Shown one piece after another: positions 30,963-40,321 of a stretch of DNA of 64,000 nt. Location: positions 160,001 to 224,000 of the forward strand of contig CAVUQO010000002.1 of assembly GCA_963743635.1 (NCBI GenBank), read 5' to 3'. Under the pieces are notes generated by a model. It saw only the letters and a list, made by a program, of their open reading frames with translations. It was not told where the DNA came from and searched no databases. Made by a program: the position numbers and the translations under genes. Within the stretch, counting starts at the first letter, position 1; each line of letters begins with the position of its first letter. The DNA comes from Candidatus Babeliales bacterium (GTDB lineage Bacteria; Babelota; Babeliae; Babelales; Vermiphilaceae).

Positions 30963-31667
30963 ATGACACCAAATCAACTCCAATTTTTCAAAGCATTGCC
31001 AGCTTCTTGGCAAGAACCATTGCGATCCGTTTGCAGCAGGCCAGAGATCGATGCGCTTGTGCAGTTTCTGCAAGAACGTGAAGCGGCTGGTGCGGTTATT
31101 TATCCGGAAAAAAATAATATATTTGCCGCATTGCGTGCAACGCCCTTTGATAAGGTGAGCGTCGTCATCGTTGGGCAAGATCCCTATCACGGCCCGGGGC
31201 AAGCGCATGGATTGAGTTTTAGCGTGCCAGCCGGAGTTCCGCAGCCTCCATCGCTCAAAAATATTTTCAAAGAACTGCATGCTGATCTTGGTATACCTAT
31301 ACCGCATACGGGCAATCTTATGCATTGGGCGAAGCAGGGCGTTCTACTGCTTAATGCGATGTTGACCGTTGAAGAAGGAAAACCAGCGGCACATGCCAAT
31401 AAAGGTTGGGAGATCTTTACCGATGCAATCATTGAGCAGATCATCAAGCGCAAGCATCCGACCGTTTTCATGTTATGGGGCGCATATGCGCAAAGAAAAG
31501 TAGAGCACTTGCATATGCATCTCGATCCTGAAAAACATCTTATCTTAAAAGCAGCTCATCCATCGCCGCTCTCGGCATACAATGGTTTTTTGGGATGCCG
31601 CCATTTTTCAAAGGCAAATGCATTTCTAAAAAAACATCATCTGCCCGAGATCGATTGGTCGCTTTAA
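30963..31667 (+). CDS. ung: Uracil-DNA glycosylase family 1
   Basis: GQDPYHG, GVLLLN, HPSPLS. Confidence 0.97.
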   Translation: MTPNQLQFFKALPASWQEPLRSVCSRPEIDALVQFLQEREAAGAVIYPEKNNIFAALRATPFDKVSVVIVGQDPYHGPGQAHGLSFSVPAGVPQPPSLKNIFKELHADLGIPIPHTGNLMHWAKQGVLLLNAMLTVEEGKPAAHANKGWEIFTDAIIEQIIKRKHPTVFMLWGAYAQRKVEHLHMHLDPEKHLILKAAHPSPLSAYNGFLGCRHFSKANAFLKKHHLPEIDWSL

Positions 31668-31702
31668 ATCTACATAATTTCGCGATCAAAATGATGTTTC
31701 AT

Positions 31703-33400
31703 CTAACCGCCAAAAGTAAATGCATATAATGAGACACCTTCGGGAACGCGCAGTGTTAACGTATGGCGTCCATCAATATTCTTAAGATCGAGAATTTCAT
31801 ACATGCGCGATTCTTTAACCATGACCTCACCGCGATCATTCATATCGCGCGTGTGGTAGTCTGAAGAGAGTGGTTGATCATCTAAAAGAACAGTGATGGC
31901 GCTTGATTGTTTCGAGCACACGACGAGATACACATGTCGGGCTTTAAAGTTTAAGGTCAGTGTTGATGTACTGTTTTCTGATGTAATGCATTCAGAGGTA
32001 ATGAGCCAAGAGCCTTTTAGCCCCACAGTATCTGGAGCCAGTGCATTATGATAGTCATAGTCTGCGGTGATGTGAGGGGTTATTCTTAATTCTTGGGTAT
32101 AGTTTTTGGCGCGTTGAACACCTAAGTAGATTTCAGGGGTTAATGTCTCAAACGATTCTCGTTCTTCTTCTTGTGCGAGTGGTGGAAGGCTCAGTAGAGA
32201 GCGAATCATATTTTCAGTCTCGGTATACTTGCCTTCACCAAAATGTATGTATTGTATGATGCCTTTCTGATCTATAAGATAGTGCGCTGGCCAATAACGA
32301 TTATGATAATTCTTCCAGGTACTATAATCATTATCGAGTGCAATAGGATAGGTAATATCAAAGCGTTGCACTGCATTGGCAACATTGGTTCTACTTTTTT
32401 CAAATTCAAATTCGGGTGTATGTACGCCGATAATCACCAATCCCTTATCTTTATATTCTTTGTACCATTGTGTGATATGCGGGAGAGTTCGTATGCAATT
32501 GATACAGCTATAGGTCCAGAAATCTATTAATACTACTTTACCTAATAATTGTTGCATCATAAGAGGATTGCTATTAATCCAGCCTGCGATGCCGATAAAA
32601 TCGGGCGCTGGGCGTCCTATTGCAGGAACTGGTGAATCATTATACATGGTTGCCGCTTTCTGTAATGAATCTAATTCTTTTTTCACAAGTGCATTATCTT
32701 CGATGGTGATCATGGGAAAATAGCGCAGGGCAAATTGTTGTAACACGACATCAAAATGCAATGCTATTGCAAGGGCGCCAAAAATCATGAGGGCTCCAAA
32801 CATTTTCCGTATGATTTCAGTATACGGAGCGAGTGCGCCAATGGACGTCGTAATCTTAGCGCTGCCATACATAATGAAAAACATGGGCAGTGCGGTGCCG
32901 CAACTATATGCCAACGTTATGAGGATGGTGCTTGCGGTAACTGATCGGGTTGCCACGAGTGTGGTAATGGTCGCTAAAATGGGCCCCGCGCAGGGTGACC
33001 AAATTAAACCTAATGCAGTTCCGATAATGAATCCGGACGTAAATCCGGTTGCGCCACTGCTACTATTCTCGAGGCGATTTCCCAATCGCGCCAGCGGTGC
33101 GGTCAGTTTTGCAAACATGATTTCAAATTGAGGAAAGACTAAGGTAAGGCCGAACATGGTAATGAGCCCAAGAGAAAGATAACGCAGCGCATCAGGAGAA
33201 ACTCCCGTTGCGTGAACTAACGTCGTGAGTGAAAGCGTGAAGAAGGTAAAACTGATAATAAGTCCGGTAATGATGCCATAAGGGCGATATCTGCCTTGAC
33301 CAACGCCTGCTGAAAGAAGCAGCGGCAATACGGGAAGTACGCACGGGGAAAGTACCGTTACAATACCAGATAGAAAGGCAAATAATAGGAGCGTGATCAT
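31703..33400 (-). CDS. dipZ: Cytochrome c biogenesis protein DipZ (CcdA + thioredoxin)
   Basis: SPCVLP, WSPCAGP, DFWTYSCINC, YAFTFG. Confidence 0.92.
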   Translation of the reverse strand: MITLLLFAFLSGIVTVLSPCVLPVLPLLLSAGVGQGRYRPYGIITGLIISFTFFTLSLTTLVHATGVSPDALRYLSLGLITMFGLTLVFPQFEIMFAKLTAPLARLGNRLENSSSGATGFTSGFIIGTALGLIWSPCAGPILATITTLVATRSVTASTILITLAYSCGTALPMFFIMYGSAKITTSIGALAPYTEIIRKMFGALMIFGALAIALHFDVVLQQFALRYFPMITIEDNALVKKELDSLQKAATMYNDSPVPAIGRPAPDFIGIAGWINSNPLMMQQLLGKVVLIDFWTYSCINCIRTLPHITQWYKEYKDKGLVIIGVHTPEFEFEKSRTNVANAVQRFDITYPIALDNDYSTWKNYHNRYWPAHYLIDQKGIIQYIHFGEGKYTETENMIRSLLSLPPLAQEEERESFETLTPEIYLGVQRAKNYTQELRITPHITADYDYHNALAPDTVGLKGSWLITSECITSENSTSTLTLNFKARHVYLVVCSKQSSAITVLLDDQPLSSDYHTRDMNDRGEVMVKESRMYEILDLKNIDGRHTLTLRVPEGVSLYAFTFGG

Positions 33401-33433
33401 AATTTCTCCTGCGCGTTTTAATTTGTTCTATAC

Positions 33434-33826
33434 CTACATCGCCCTATATGCAAAAATCAGTATCAAAAAATTAATCACATAGAGCGAGGTGCAGAGTACG
33501 CACAATGATTTTATTTTAAAGATCAGCAAATATGCAAGATAGCATGAAAGTAAGCACGCGCCGATTGCAGCAATAAAAATGGTATTGGCGAGATTAAGTA
33601 TCGCAAGAAGGCCGATACATGCATAGAACGCAAGTGCAAGGCCAAATGTGGAAAAGAAGAACATATTGCTATAGGGGCTTAACATAACTTTTGTGCAGGA
33701 GATTCTATCGGTAATATCGCATGCTGCTTTGAATGATTCATCCTTTTTAACTTTTTGTTCGGTGATATATCCATATACCGAAATTGAAAAACCGATAATG
33801 GCAAGAGCCAGTAATACGTTTAACAT
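33434..33826 (-). CDS. Vitamin K epoxide reductase (VKOR) family protein
   Basis: ACDITDRISCTKVMLSPY, CVLC. Confidence 0.9.
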   Translation of the reverse strand: MLNVLLALAIIGFSISVYGYITEQKVKKDESFKAACDITDRISCTKVMLSPYSNMFFFSTFGLALAFYACIGLLAILNLANTIFIAAIGACLLSCYLAYLLIFKIKSLCVLCTSLYVINFLILIFAYRAM

Positions 33827-33865
33827 GAGTTATTCCTTTTTTTAGGATTATTTAAATTCATTTAT

Positions 33866-34411
33866 TTAAAACAACAACTTCGCTGCCTTGGCAATTTTTT
33901 TTAATTCATTAATTCTGACGCGTGCTAATCCATGCAATGGGGAATGCATGACGAAGATTTTTGATGAGCCGATAGTGGGTTGCCATCCATACTTGCAATG
34001 AGTTGTTTGGCTAAATAATTGGTAAGTGCCTTTTCCAACAAAGGTTACGACTTTTGGATGATACTGATTGATTAAAGAAACAACGTATGCGCTGCCAGGA
34101 ATCGCTTCATTTCGCTTGATATCCACAACACTTTTAGTGGGACGATATACAAGATTGATTAACCCCAGATGATATTTTTTGGTGAAAGAGTTACTGAAAA
34201 TTTTTTTTAGCATTACATCGTTTTGCAAATCCTTTTTATCTTCGGATAAAAGGCCTGCATCATTGAGCAGGTACCAGAATGATTTGTTGCTAGAAAAGGG
34301 GACGCCGTGTTGATAGCTGCCCGGCGATGGATTAGTGCCTACAAATAAAATATGGGTATCGTGTGATACTTGATAATGAATCTTTTTATATTCTTTATTA
34401 GATTTCGTCAT
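33866..34411 (-). CDS. mug: Mismatch-specific uracil-DNA glycosylase (MUG/TDG family)
   Basis: ILFVGTNPS, FWYLL, GLINLVYRPT. Confidence 0.8.
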   Translation of the reverse strand: MTKSNKEYKKIHYQVSHDTHILFVGTNPSPGSYQHGVPFSSNKSFWYLLNDAGLLSEDKKDLQNDVMLKKIFSNSFTKKYHLGLINLVYRPTKSVVDIKRNEAIPGSAYVVSLINQYHPKVVTFVGKGTYQLFSQTTHCKYGWQPTIGSSKIFVMHSPLHGLARVRINELKKIAKAAKLLF

Positions 34412-34623
34412 TTTCTCACTTTCTTGAGCGCAGATCCTTTATGCATAGCCAAATGCGTTGTTTTGGTGCTTTCAATCAAGTATTGTGGTTCTTCTTTGGA
34501 AGCATGAACGGTATAACCCTTAAACGTGATTTCGGATGTAATGATTTTTTTGATTATCCCGCGCACGATGCCTGCTTCTGAATTCCATTCTACGAGATCA
34601 CCAATCTTAAAATGCGTAGACAT
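34408..34623 (-). CDS. DUF2945 / Tudor-like small protein
   Basis: FKIGDLVEWNSEAG...ASKEEPQYLIES...HKGSAL. Confidence 0.85.
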   Translation of the reverse strand: MSTHFKIGDLVEWNSEAGIVRGIIKKIITSEITFKGYTVHASKEEPQYLIESTKTTHLAMHKGSALKKVRK

Positions 34624-34649
34624 ATAGATCCTCTATAACAATCTTATGA

Positions 34650-35183
34650 TTATTTTTCCTCAGCGGGATAGGTTATGGTTGTGCCGTGTACTTCAGCCCA
34701 TGGCGTTAACGTATGGGGCTTGGCAGACGTCATGCTATAAATATCTTCTACCTCTATATTGCGCACCAATAATGCATCGCCAATCAATGAGCGATGGCAG
34801 CGCCAGGGGACTGCTTCTGCGCACATAATAACAACCGTTTTTTCATGCGCGATTTTAACAAGTTCATCGATGCCTTCTTTAAACTCAGGCGTTTGCATAT
34901 AATCTGCATATCCCCGAAAAGATTCATTTTCCCAGCCCATATTTATCGAATCAGCATGCGTATGGCGCAGTCCGCCTAAATTTTTTTGATGGCGGTATCC
35001 AATATGATGATTTCTCAAAGTGTGGGCCAATTCTGGGCCATTAAATTGCGGATTGTGGCGTGATTTGGGAATCGTGCGAATATCGACAACCTCAGTAATA
35101 TGATAGTGTTTGAGGATATCTACGAATTCTTCTATGGGATGCGTTGAATGCCCGATCGTAAATACACATAATTTTTTATTCAT
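34650..35183 (-). CDS. DUF488 family protein
   Basis: FTIGHS, DIRTIPKSR, LGGLR, MCAEAVPWRCHR. Confidence 0.92.
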   Translation of the reverse strand: MNKKLCVFTIGHSTHPIEEFVDILKHYHITEVVDIRTIPKSRHNPQFNGPELAHTLRNHHIGYRHQKNLGGLRHTHADSINMGWENESFRGYADYMQTPEFKEGIDELVKIAHEKTVVIMCAEAVPWRCHRSLIGDALLVRNIEVEDIYSMTSAKPHTLTPWAEVHGTTITYPAEEK

Positions 35184-35202
35184 GGGCTCAACCTCACTCC
35201 AT

Positions 35203-35853
35203 TCAGGACATATACTGAGTGAACCATTGACTCGTTATCATCGCAACTTCATCAAGAGTCCCGGGCTCTTCAAAAAGATGAGTTGCGCCGGGAATGAGAA
35301 TCATCTTTTTTTCATGCTTTAATTGTGCATAGGCCTGCTCATTTAAAGTAATAACTTCATAGTCGAGTGCGCCCACGATTAATAAGGTAGGTGCGCAGAC
35401 CTCTGCGAGATAATCATGCGCTAAGTCTGGCCTTCCGCCGCGAGAAACTACTGCTGAAATTTCTTTTTTTAAATGAGCAGCAGCAATTAATGCGGCAGCT
35501 GCACCGGTACTCGCCCCAAAATAGCCGAGTTTTTGTTGCTTGGTATGCTCATGCGTTTGAAGCCATCGTGATACGGCGATAAGGCGTTCTGCTAATAAGG
35601 GGATGTTGAATCTGAATTCTCGTGAATATTGATCAATGGCTTCCTCTTCTCCCGTTAATAAATCGAATAAGAGAGTAGAAAAATGCGCTTTCTGTAAAAT
35701 GTGTGCAACGTGTTGGTTCCTGCTGCTAAAACGACTACTGCCACTGCCATGTGCAAATACGATAATGCCTTTTGAGTTCTCTACAAGATTGAGATCGCCA
35801 TATATAAAAAAGTTACCAACTGGTATCGCTACTTCACTTTTTTGAATATTCAT
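35203..35853 (-). CDS. Dienelactone hydrolase-like alpha/beta hydrolase
   Basis: FAHGSGSSR, GYFGASTG, VVSRGGRPDLA, GATHLFEEPG. Confidence 0.9.
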   Translation of the reverse strand: MNIQKSEVAIPVGNFFIYGDLNLVENSKGIIVFAHGSGSSRFSSRNQHVAHILQKAHFSTLLFDLLTGEEEAIDQYSREFRFNIPLLAERLIAVSRWLQTHEHTKQQKLGYFGASTGAAAALIAAAHLKKEISAVVSRGGRPDLAHDYLAEVCAPTLLIVGALDYEVITLNEQAYAQLKHEKKMILIPGATHLFEEPGTLDEVAMITSQWFTQYMS

Positions 35854-35871
35854 AAAAACCCTTTTTATTAT

Positions 35872-36714
35872 TTAGGCACGTTTTTTTGCATGCTTTTTTT
35901 TAACCGTTCTTTTTTTTGCATGGATAGCAACGCTTTCAGTAGGCTTGCGTCTTTTAATGCTTGCTTTGAGTGTTTCAGAAAGTGATTCTTTTTTTGGTTT
36001 AGAGACGGCGCGCGTGCTTTTTCGCCTAGTTTTTTTATGTTTTGATTCTTTGATAGCCTTCTTTAATTTTTCAGCGAAGCTATCTTTAAAGATCGAAATA
36101 TCGAATGTTTTGGCCGTATGTTGTGCGATGAGTTGTTTTGCAAGTTTGAGCTCAGTGGCTGAAGGCTTTTTAATTTTCGCAGCGGCAAAAATTTCTTTAG
36201 TGGGCACAATTTCATAGGCGTAATTAAGGGTTGTTAGCAATAATCCTTTTTCATACGGCGATATCGCACAGACATATTCTTTATCGCGCATTACAAAGGT
36301 GGCAATCGCTGCTTTTTGAGTTTCATGTAATGCTGCGCAAAAAAGATTGAATGATGTTTGCCCATCTTTCGCAGCGCTTAGATAATAATGATGCTCAAAA
36401 TAAATAACGTCGATCGCATCGAGAGCAACAAATTCTTTAATGAGGATTTCGTCCATTTTCTCTGGTTTTAAAGCTTTTAATTTCTCAGGCGTGATTACGA
36501 AATAATGGCCATCGGGTAATTTTAGGCCTTTTACCACGTTATTCCAGGTAATTTCTTTCTTACAATGCGGGCAGAAGCGTTCGTAGTGAATGGGGGTATT
36601 GCATTTTGCACATAATAATTTAAAGCCAAGAACATGTTCCTTGACTGCGGAATAGAGTCTGACCGGAATAGTCACGAGACTAAAAGATAATGAACCACTC
36701 CATATTTGTTTCAT
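35872..36714 (-). CDS. ku: NHEJ Ku protein
   Basis: IWSGSLSFSLVTIPVRLYSA; basic C-terminal tail. Confidence 0.93.
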   Translation of the reverse strand: MKQIWSGSLSFSLVTIPVRLYSAVKEHVLGFKLLCAKCNTPIHYERFCPHCKKEITWNNVVKGLKLPDGHYFVITPEKLKALKPEKMDEILIKEFVALDAIDVIYFEHHYYLSAAKDGQTSFNLFCAALHETQKAAIATFVMRDKEYVCAISPYEKGLLLTTLNYAYEIVPTKEIFAAAKIKKPSATELKLAKQLIAQHTAKTFDISIFKDSFAEKLKKAIKESKHKKTRRKSTRAVSKPKKESLSETLKASIKRRKPTESVAIHAKKRTVKKKHAKKRA

Positions 36715-36747
36715 ATGTCTCCTCGCTCTTTTTTTATTTTTTCTTGT

Positions 36748-37791
36748 TTATCTAGTTTTAATAGGTCCGATGGCTTTGGGCGTTTCTTTCACGACGTCTT
36801 TTGCATCTTTATCATCGCGCAGGCCTTTATAGCGTCCGACGCGCAGGCGTCCGGCATTCGTCCATTGCGCGAATTGAAATTCAGCCACTAACACCGGCTT
36901 TACCCAGGTAACGTTCGTTACTGATCCTTCATAATCAGCAAAAGGGCATTTTTTGACCGTGAGTTTTTGCAGTTTTTTGCCGAGCAGCGCAAGCGTGTCT
37001 TCAGAATAACCAGTGCCGACTTTGCCGGCATACATCAGTTTTCCCTCTTTATTATAATAGCCGACCAACAGCGCACCAAAATAAGAGCGCGATCCTTGCG
37101 GTTTAGTGTACCCGACGATAATGAGCTCTTGTTTCATGATGCATTTGAATTTGAGCCAATCGCGCGAACGTACGCCAACATATTCACTATCGATACGTTT
37201 TGCAATAAGGCCTTCCCAGTTGAGCTTGCATGCTTGTTTGAAGTAGGCAATGCCATCACCTATTTTATGTTCCGTATATATGAGGATTTTATTGTAGGAA
37301 AGAAGCTTTTTAAGAAGATCTTTGCGTGCATAGAGAGGAAGTTTTCGAATATCATACCCATCAACGTACATAAGATCGAATAGACAGTAGGTGATGGGAA
37401 TCTTTTTTTGTTTTGCCTTTTCTGAGGTTGCACGCAGATTAATGCGGCCTTGCAGGAGTTCAAAATCAGATACGCCTTTTTTATCAACGCTGATTATTTC
37501 CCCATCGATAATGAAATTGTCGGCAGCTTGTTTAGTGAGCGCGGTCACAAGCTCTGGATAAATCTCATTCATATTTTTTTTATTGCGGGACATGAGGTTA
37601 ACGACACCATTTTTTTTGAAGGCGATGCAGCGTTCCCCATCAAATTTATGTTCGTAAAGCCATTCTTTACTTGAGAAATAATCTTTCGTGAGCGTTGCGA
37701 GCATGACGGGAATAAAAGAGGGCTGGCGAACCTTCTTGATTTTCTGGCGCAGGTCAAGCGAAAGGCCTGGGATTATCGTGTTATTACGCAT
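36748..37791 (-). CDS. ligD: ATP-dependent DNA ligase (LigD ligase domain only)
   Basis: YEHKFDGER, DGEI, FDL, EGLIAK, WLKFK, GKVGTG, YKGLRDDK. Confidence 0.9.
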   Translation of the reverse strand: MRNNTIIPGLSLDLRQKIKKVRQPSFIPVMLATLTKDYFSSKEWLYEHKFDGERCIAFKKNGVVNLMSRNKKNMNEIYPELVTALTKQAADNFIIDGEIISVDKKGVSDFELLQGRINLRATSEKAKQKKIPITYCLFDLMYVDGYDIRKLPLYARKDLLKKLLSYNKILIYTEHKIGDGIAYFKQACKLNWEGLIAKRIDSEYVGVRSRDWLKFKCIMKQELIIVGYTKPQGSRSYFGALLVGYYNKEGKLMYAGKVGTGYSEDTLALLGKKLQKLTVKKCPFADYEGSVTNVTWVKPVLVAEFQFAQWTNAGRLRVGRYKGLRDDKDAKDVVKETPKAIGPIKTR

Positions 37792-38011
37792 TTCTCACTC
37801 ATTGTAATCATGAACCAATATCTTATAAGGGGCACTATACTATTTCGTGGTTTGCTTTTGTAAGAACTGTGATTAAAGAGATGAAATAGACAGTTATTTT
37901 AAGGATGAATTGCTTGGCGCGGGTTTGCATCTAGACATGGCCTTCATTTGTACTATGATGAATAGTCGATAAGAAAGAGTCGGTAGTAAAATCTCGTATA
38001 TAAGGAAACGT

Positions 38012-38851
38012 ATGAAGCACAATAAAAACTATTTTTTAAGTTATGGTTTTATTTCTTTAATAATCTGCGCGTCACTCAGAGCAGATGATCAAATACAAAT
38101 ACCTGAAGGCTATACGCAGCTCGAGTGTACCCTGCAGCCATTTAAACGGCCAGAAGCTGAAGCATCTTTTACGCGTCCGCATATTCCGCTCAGAGAGGGA
38201 ACGAGTATTAACTGGAGTGGCTATGCCGCTGAAACTAATTTCAATAATCCAGCACATACTGTTACTAAAGTTGCCGGCACTTGGATAGTTCCTACGATTT
38301 CACGACCAACCAACAATACCAATACGTATTGTTCTATCTGGGTTGGCATTGATGGTTTTAGTGATGGCACGGTTGAGCAAATTGGCACCGAACATGATTG
38401 GTCTAGAGGGCGCCAGCAAAACTATGCATGGTTTGAAATGTATCCAAATTATCCCTATGAAATAGTTGGATTTCCCGTTAATATCGGCGATAGTATCAGT
38501 GCATCAGTGCAATATATGGGAAATAATGTGTATCAACTATACATGATCAATAATACGCACCATGTGTACATAACTATTCCTTATTCATACACTCGCTCAT
38601 CTGCGGGATTAAGAACATCGGCTGAATGGATCGTGGAAGCACCGTATGATAATACCGTATTGCCGCTTTCACATTTTAGTCCTGTGCAATTTTCAAATTG
38701 TTCTGCAACTATTGGGAACGTAAATGAAACGCTTTCCCAAACTACACATCAGCCACTTACTATGATTACTACTACCGATATTGCAAAGGCAGTCCCGTCA
38801 GCGATTATAGCTCAGACAAATGGCTTTTCTGTTACCTGGGATCATCAGTAG
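38012..38851 (+). CDS. Secreted glutamic peptidase G1 (eqolisin) family
   Basis: SINWSGY, WVGIDG, EQIGT, YAWFEMYP, SAEWIVEAP. Confidence 0.9.
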   Translation: MKHNKNYFLSYGFISLIICASLRADDQIQIPEGYTQLECTLQPFKRPEAEASFTRPHIPLREGTSINWSGYAAETNFNNPAHTVTKVAGTWIVPTISRPTNNTNTYCSIWVGIDGFSDGTVEQIGTEHDWSRGRQQNYAWFEMYPNYPYEIVGFPVNIGDSISASVQYMGNNVYQLYMINNTHHVYITIPYSYTRSSAGLRTSAEWIVEAPYDNTVLPLSHFSPVQFSNCSATIGNVNETLSQTTHQPLTMITTTDIAKAVPSAIIAQTNGFSVTWDHQ

Positions 38852-39161
38852 GATTCCATGCCCCGCAGACGGTGCATGGCATTGGTCTTGAGTATGGGCA
38901 ATTTCTATCACCACAATAGCAAAGATTGAAGATGTAATCGCACGTATGCGTTTTAATCGTGGTGTCAGTCGCGGTTTGCGATTGTTGTTGCGGTTTGGCG
39001 CATTGTGTGTGTTGACCATCCGCATCATTGTGTGGTTTAGGTTTTTGTTTTGGCGGTTGTACTTTTTGTTTTTGTTTCTGCTGCTGCATTTGCATGGCAA
39101 GGACGCTTTGTGGCATGAGCGAAAGTGCGAGAATGAGTGTCAGTGTTAATTTCTTAAACAT
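38832..39161 (-). CDS. Secreted Gln-rich/His-Cys cluster protein (array member 7)
   Basis: Signal peptide-AMQMQQQ...HTC...CTVC. Confidence 0.75.
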   Translation of the reverse strand: MFKKLTLTLILALSLMPQSVLAMQMQQQKQKQKVQPPKQKPKPHNDADGQHTQCAKPQQQSQTATDTTIKTHTCDYIFNLCYCGDRNCPYSRPMPCTVCGAWNPTDDPR

Positions 39162-39180
39162 AGTGCGTCCTTTTTCTATT

Positions 39181-39579
39181 TTACTTACGCATTGCGGCAG
39201 TAGATTTTTGTAGACCGCACACGGTACAGGTCAATAAGTGCGGGTATCCATGACACTGGGTGTATGGACCATCACTTCGGGTGCAGCAGCCAAGAGGAGA
39301 TATGCCATCACATCCGCATATATGGCAGGGTGGATGTTCCGGAGCGAAGGTGCAGATATGCGTTTGAACGGCAGTGTCTTGCGCCGTTTGCGTACTGGTT
39401 GCTTGCTGTGTGGCATCCTGCGTTTGCGGCGCAACGTCCGTTTTTGGTTCTTCATGATGCGCATGATTGTGGGTTTTCTGTTTTTGCTGTTGTTTTTGAG
39501 TTTGCTGTTGCTGCTGCATAGCAAATGTATGCGGCATGCTGAGTGCAAGAGCGAGTGTAATTATTATTCTTTTCATCAT
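39181..39579 (-). CDS. Secreted Gln-rich/His-Cys cluster protein (array member 6)
   Basis: MMKRIIITLA...AMQQQQ...HIC...CHICGCDG...CTVC. Confidence 0.78.
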   Translation of the reverse strand: MMKRIIITLALALSMPHTFAMQQQQQTQKQQQKQKTHNHAHHEEPKTDVAPQTQDATQQATSTQTAQDTAVQTHICTFAPEHPPCHICGCDGISPLGCCTRSDGPYTQCHGYPHLLTCTVCGLQKSTAAMRK

Positions 39580-39582
39580 GAT

Positions 39583-40083
39583 TTATCTCCCGTAGTTTGC
39601 TTCCGCTTGTCGTCGCGCTTCTTCATAACTTAACTGTGGGTTTGATCTTAGTAGCCAGTTAGTCTGTCGATGTATATCAATTTGTTTCCAGGCAGCTTCC
39701 CGCTCTTCAGGTTGCATACCGTAAAGGATGTTGTGGGCCTCATCGCGAGCCTTTCTCGCACGTGGAGTATTGCATATAACACATACCCAGGTTTCGGGGC
39801 AGTGGTCGCATGGGTTAAGGCATCCACGGCATCCACAGTGAGTGCAAGGAGCATGAACTAATATACACGTATGCGCCTTAACGGCGGTGTCTTGTGCTGT
39901 TTGTGTATTTTGCTCTGTATTTTCACCTGCATGCTCAGTAGTATCTGCTTTTGGTTCTTCATGAGCATGATTGTGGGTTTTCTGTTTTTGCTTTTGCTGT
40001 TGTTTTTGTTGTTGTTGCTGCATAGCAAATGTATGCGGCATGCTGAGTGCAAAAGCGAGTGTGATTATTATTCTTTTCATCAT
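39583..40083 (-). CDS. Secreted Gln-rich/His-Cys cluster protein (array member 5)
   Basis: Leader almost identical to member 6; HTC...CTHCGCRG...CVIC; ends PQLSYEEARR. Confidence 0.78.
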   Translation of the reverse strand: MMKRIIITLAFALSMPHTFAMQQQQQKQQQKQKQKTHNHAHEEPKADTTEHAGENTEQNTQTAQDTAVKAHTCILVHAPCTHCGCRGCLNPCDHCPETWVCVICNTPRARKARDEAHNILYGMQPEEREAAWKQIDIHRQTNWLLRSNPQLSYEEARRQAEANYGR

Positions 40084-40108
40084 GATTATAGTCCCTAATT
40101 ACTTTCTA

Positions 40109-40321
40109 TTAATATGAGTAACCGCCGGTACAAAGATCTATTCCCGTTGCTCGAACTTCGTCATGTTCGATGCGCGCTGCTTCGTGCTCTTCTTGACTGA
40201 TATTATTTGACGCAGCTCCCATTGCTGCACGGAGTTTCGTGGTCTCCACTTGCACAGGCTGATCACATCGTGCGCCAAATGGTAGAAGGAATATGAAAGT
40301 AATTAATAATTTTTTAATCAT
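40109..40321 (-). CDS. Short secreted protein, LPFGARCD leader type (array member 4)
   Basis: Leader shared with 40318-41292; ATGA overlap. Confidence 0.65.
   Translation of the reverse strand: MIKKLLITFIFLLPFGARCDQPVQVETTKLRAAMGAASNNISQEEHEAARIEHDEVRATGIDLCTGGYSY

Larger units (their letters stand above)
28190..31046. repeat. ~1.5 kb tandem duplication (28190-29683 vs 29684-31046)
   Basis: Both units contain the barrel gene, its upstream region, a REP-like element and the ung promoter/5' end. Confidence 0.85.

Noticed and set aside
30714..31325. 203-aa minus-strand ORF
   Set aside because: Antisense shadow of ung running into the REP-like element.
38832..40083. RiPP precursor cluster
   Set aside because: Despite conserved leaders and Cys-rich tails, no modifying enzyme or peptide transporter is present and the leaders look like Sec signals.
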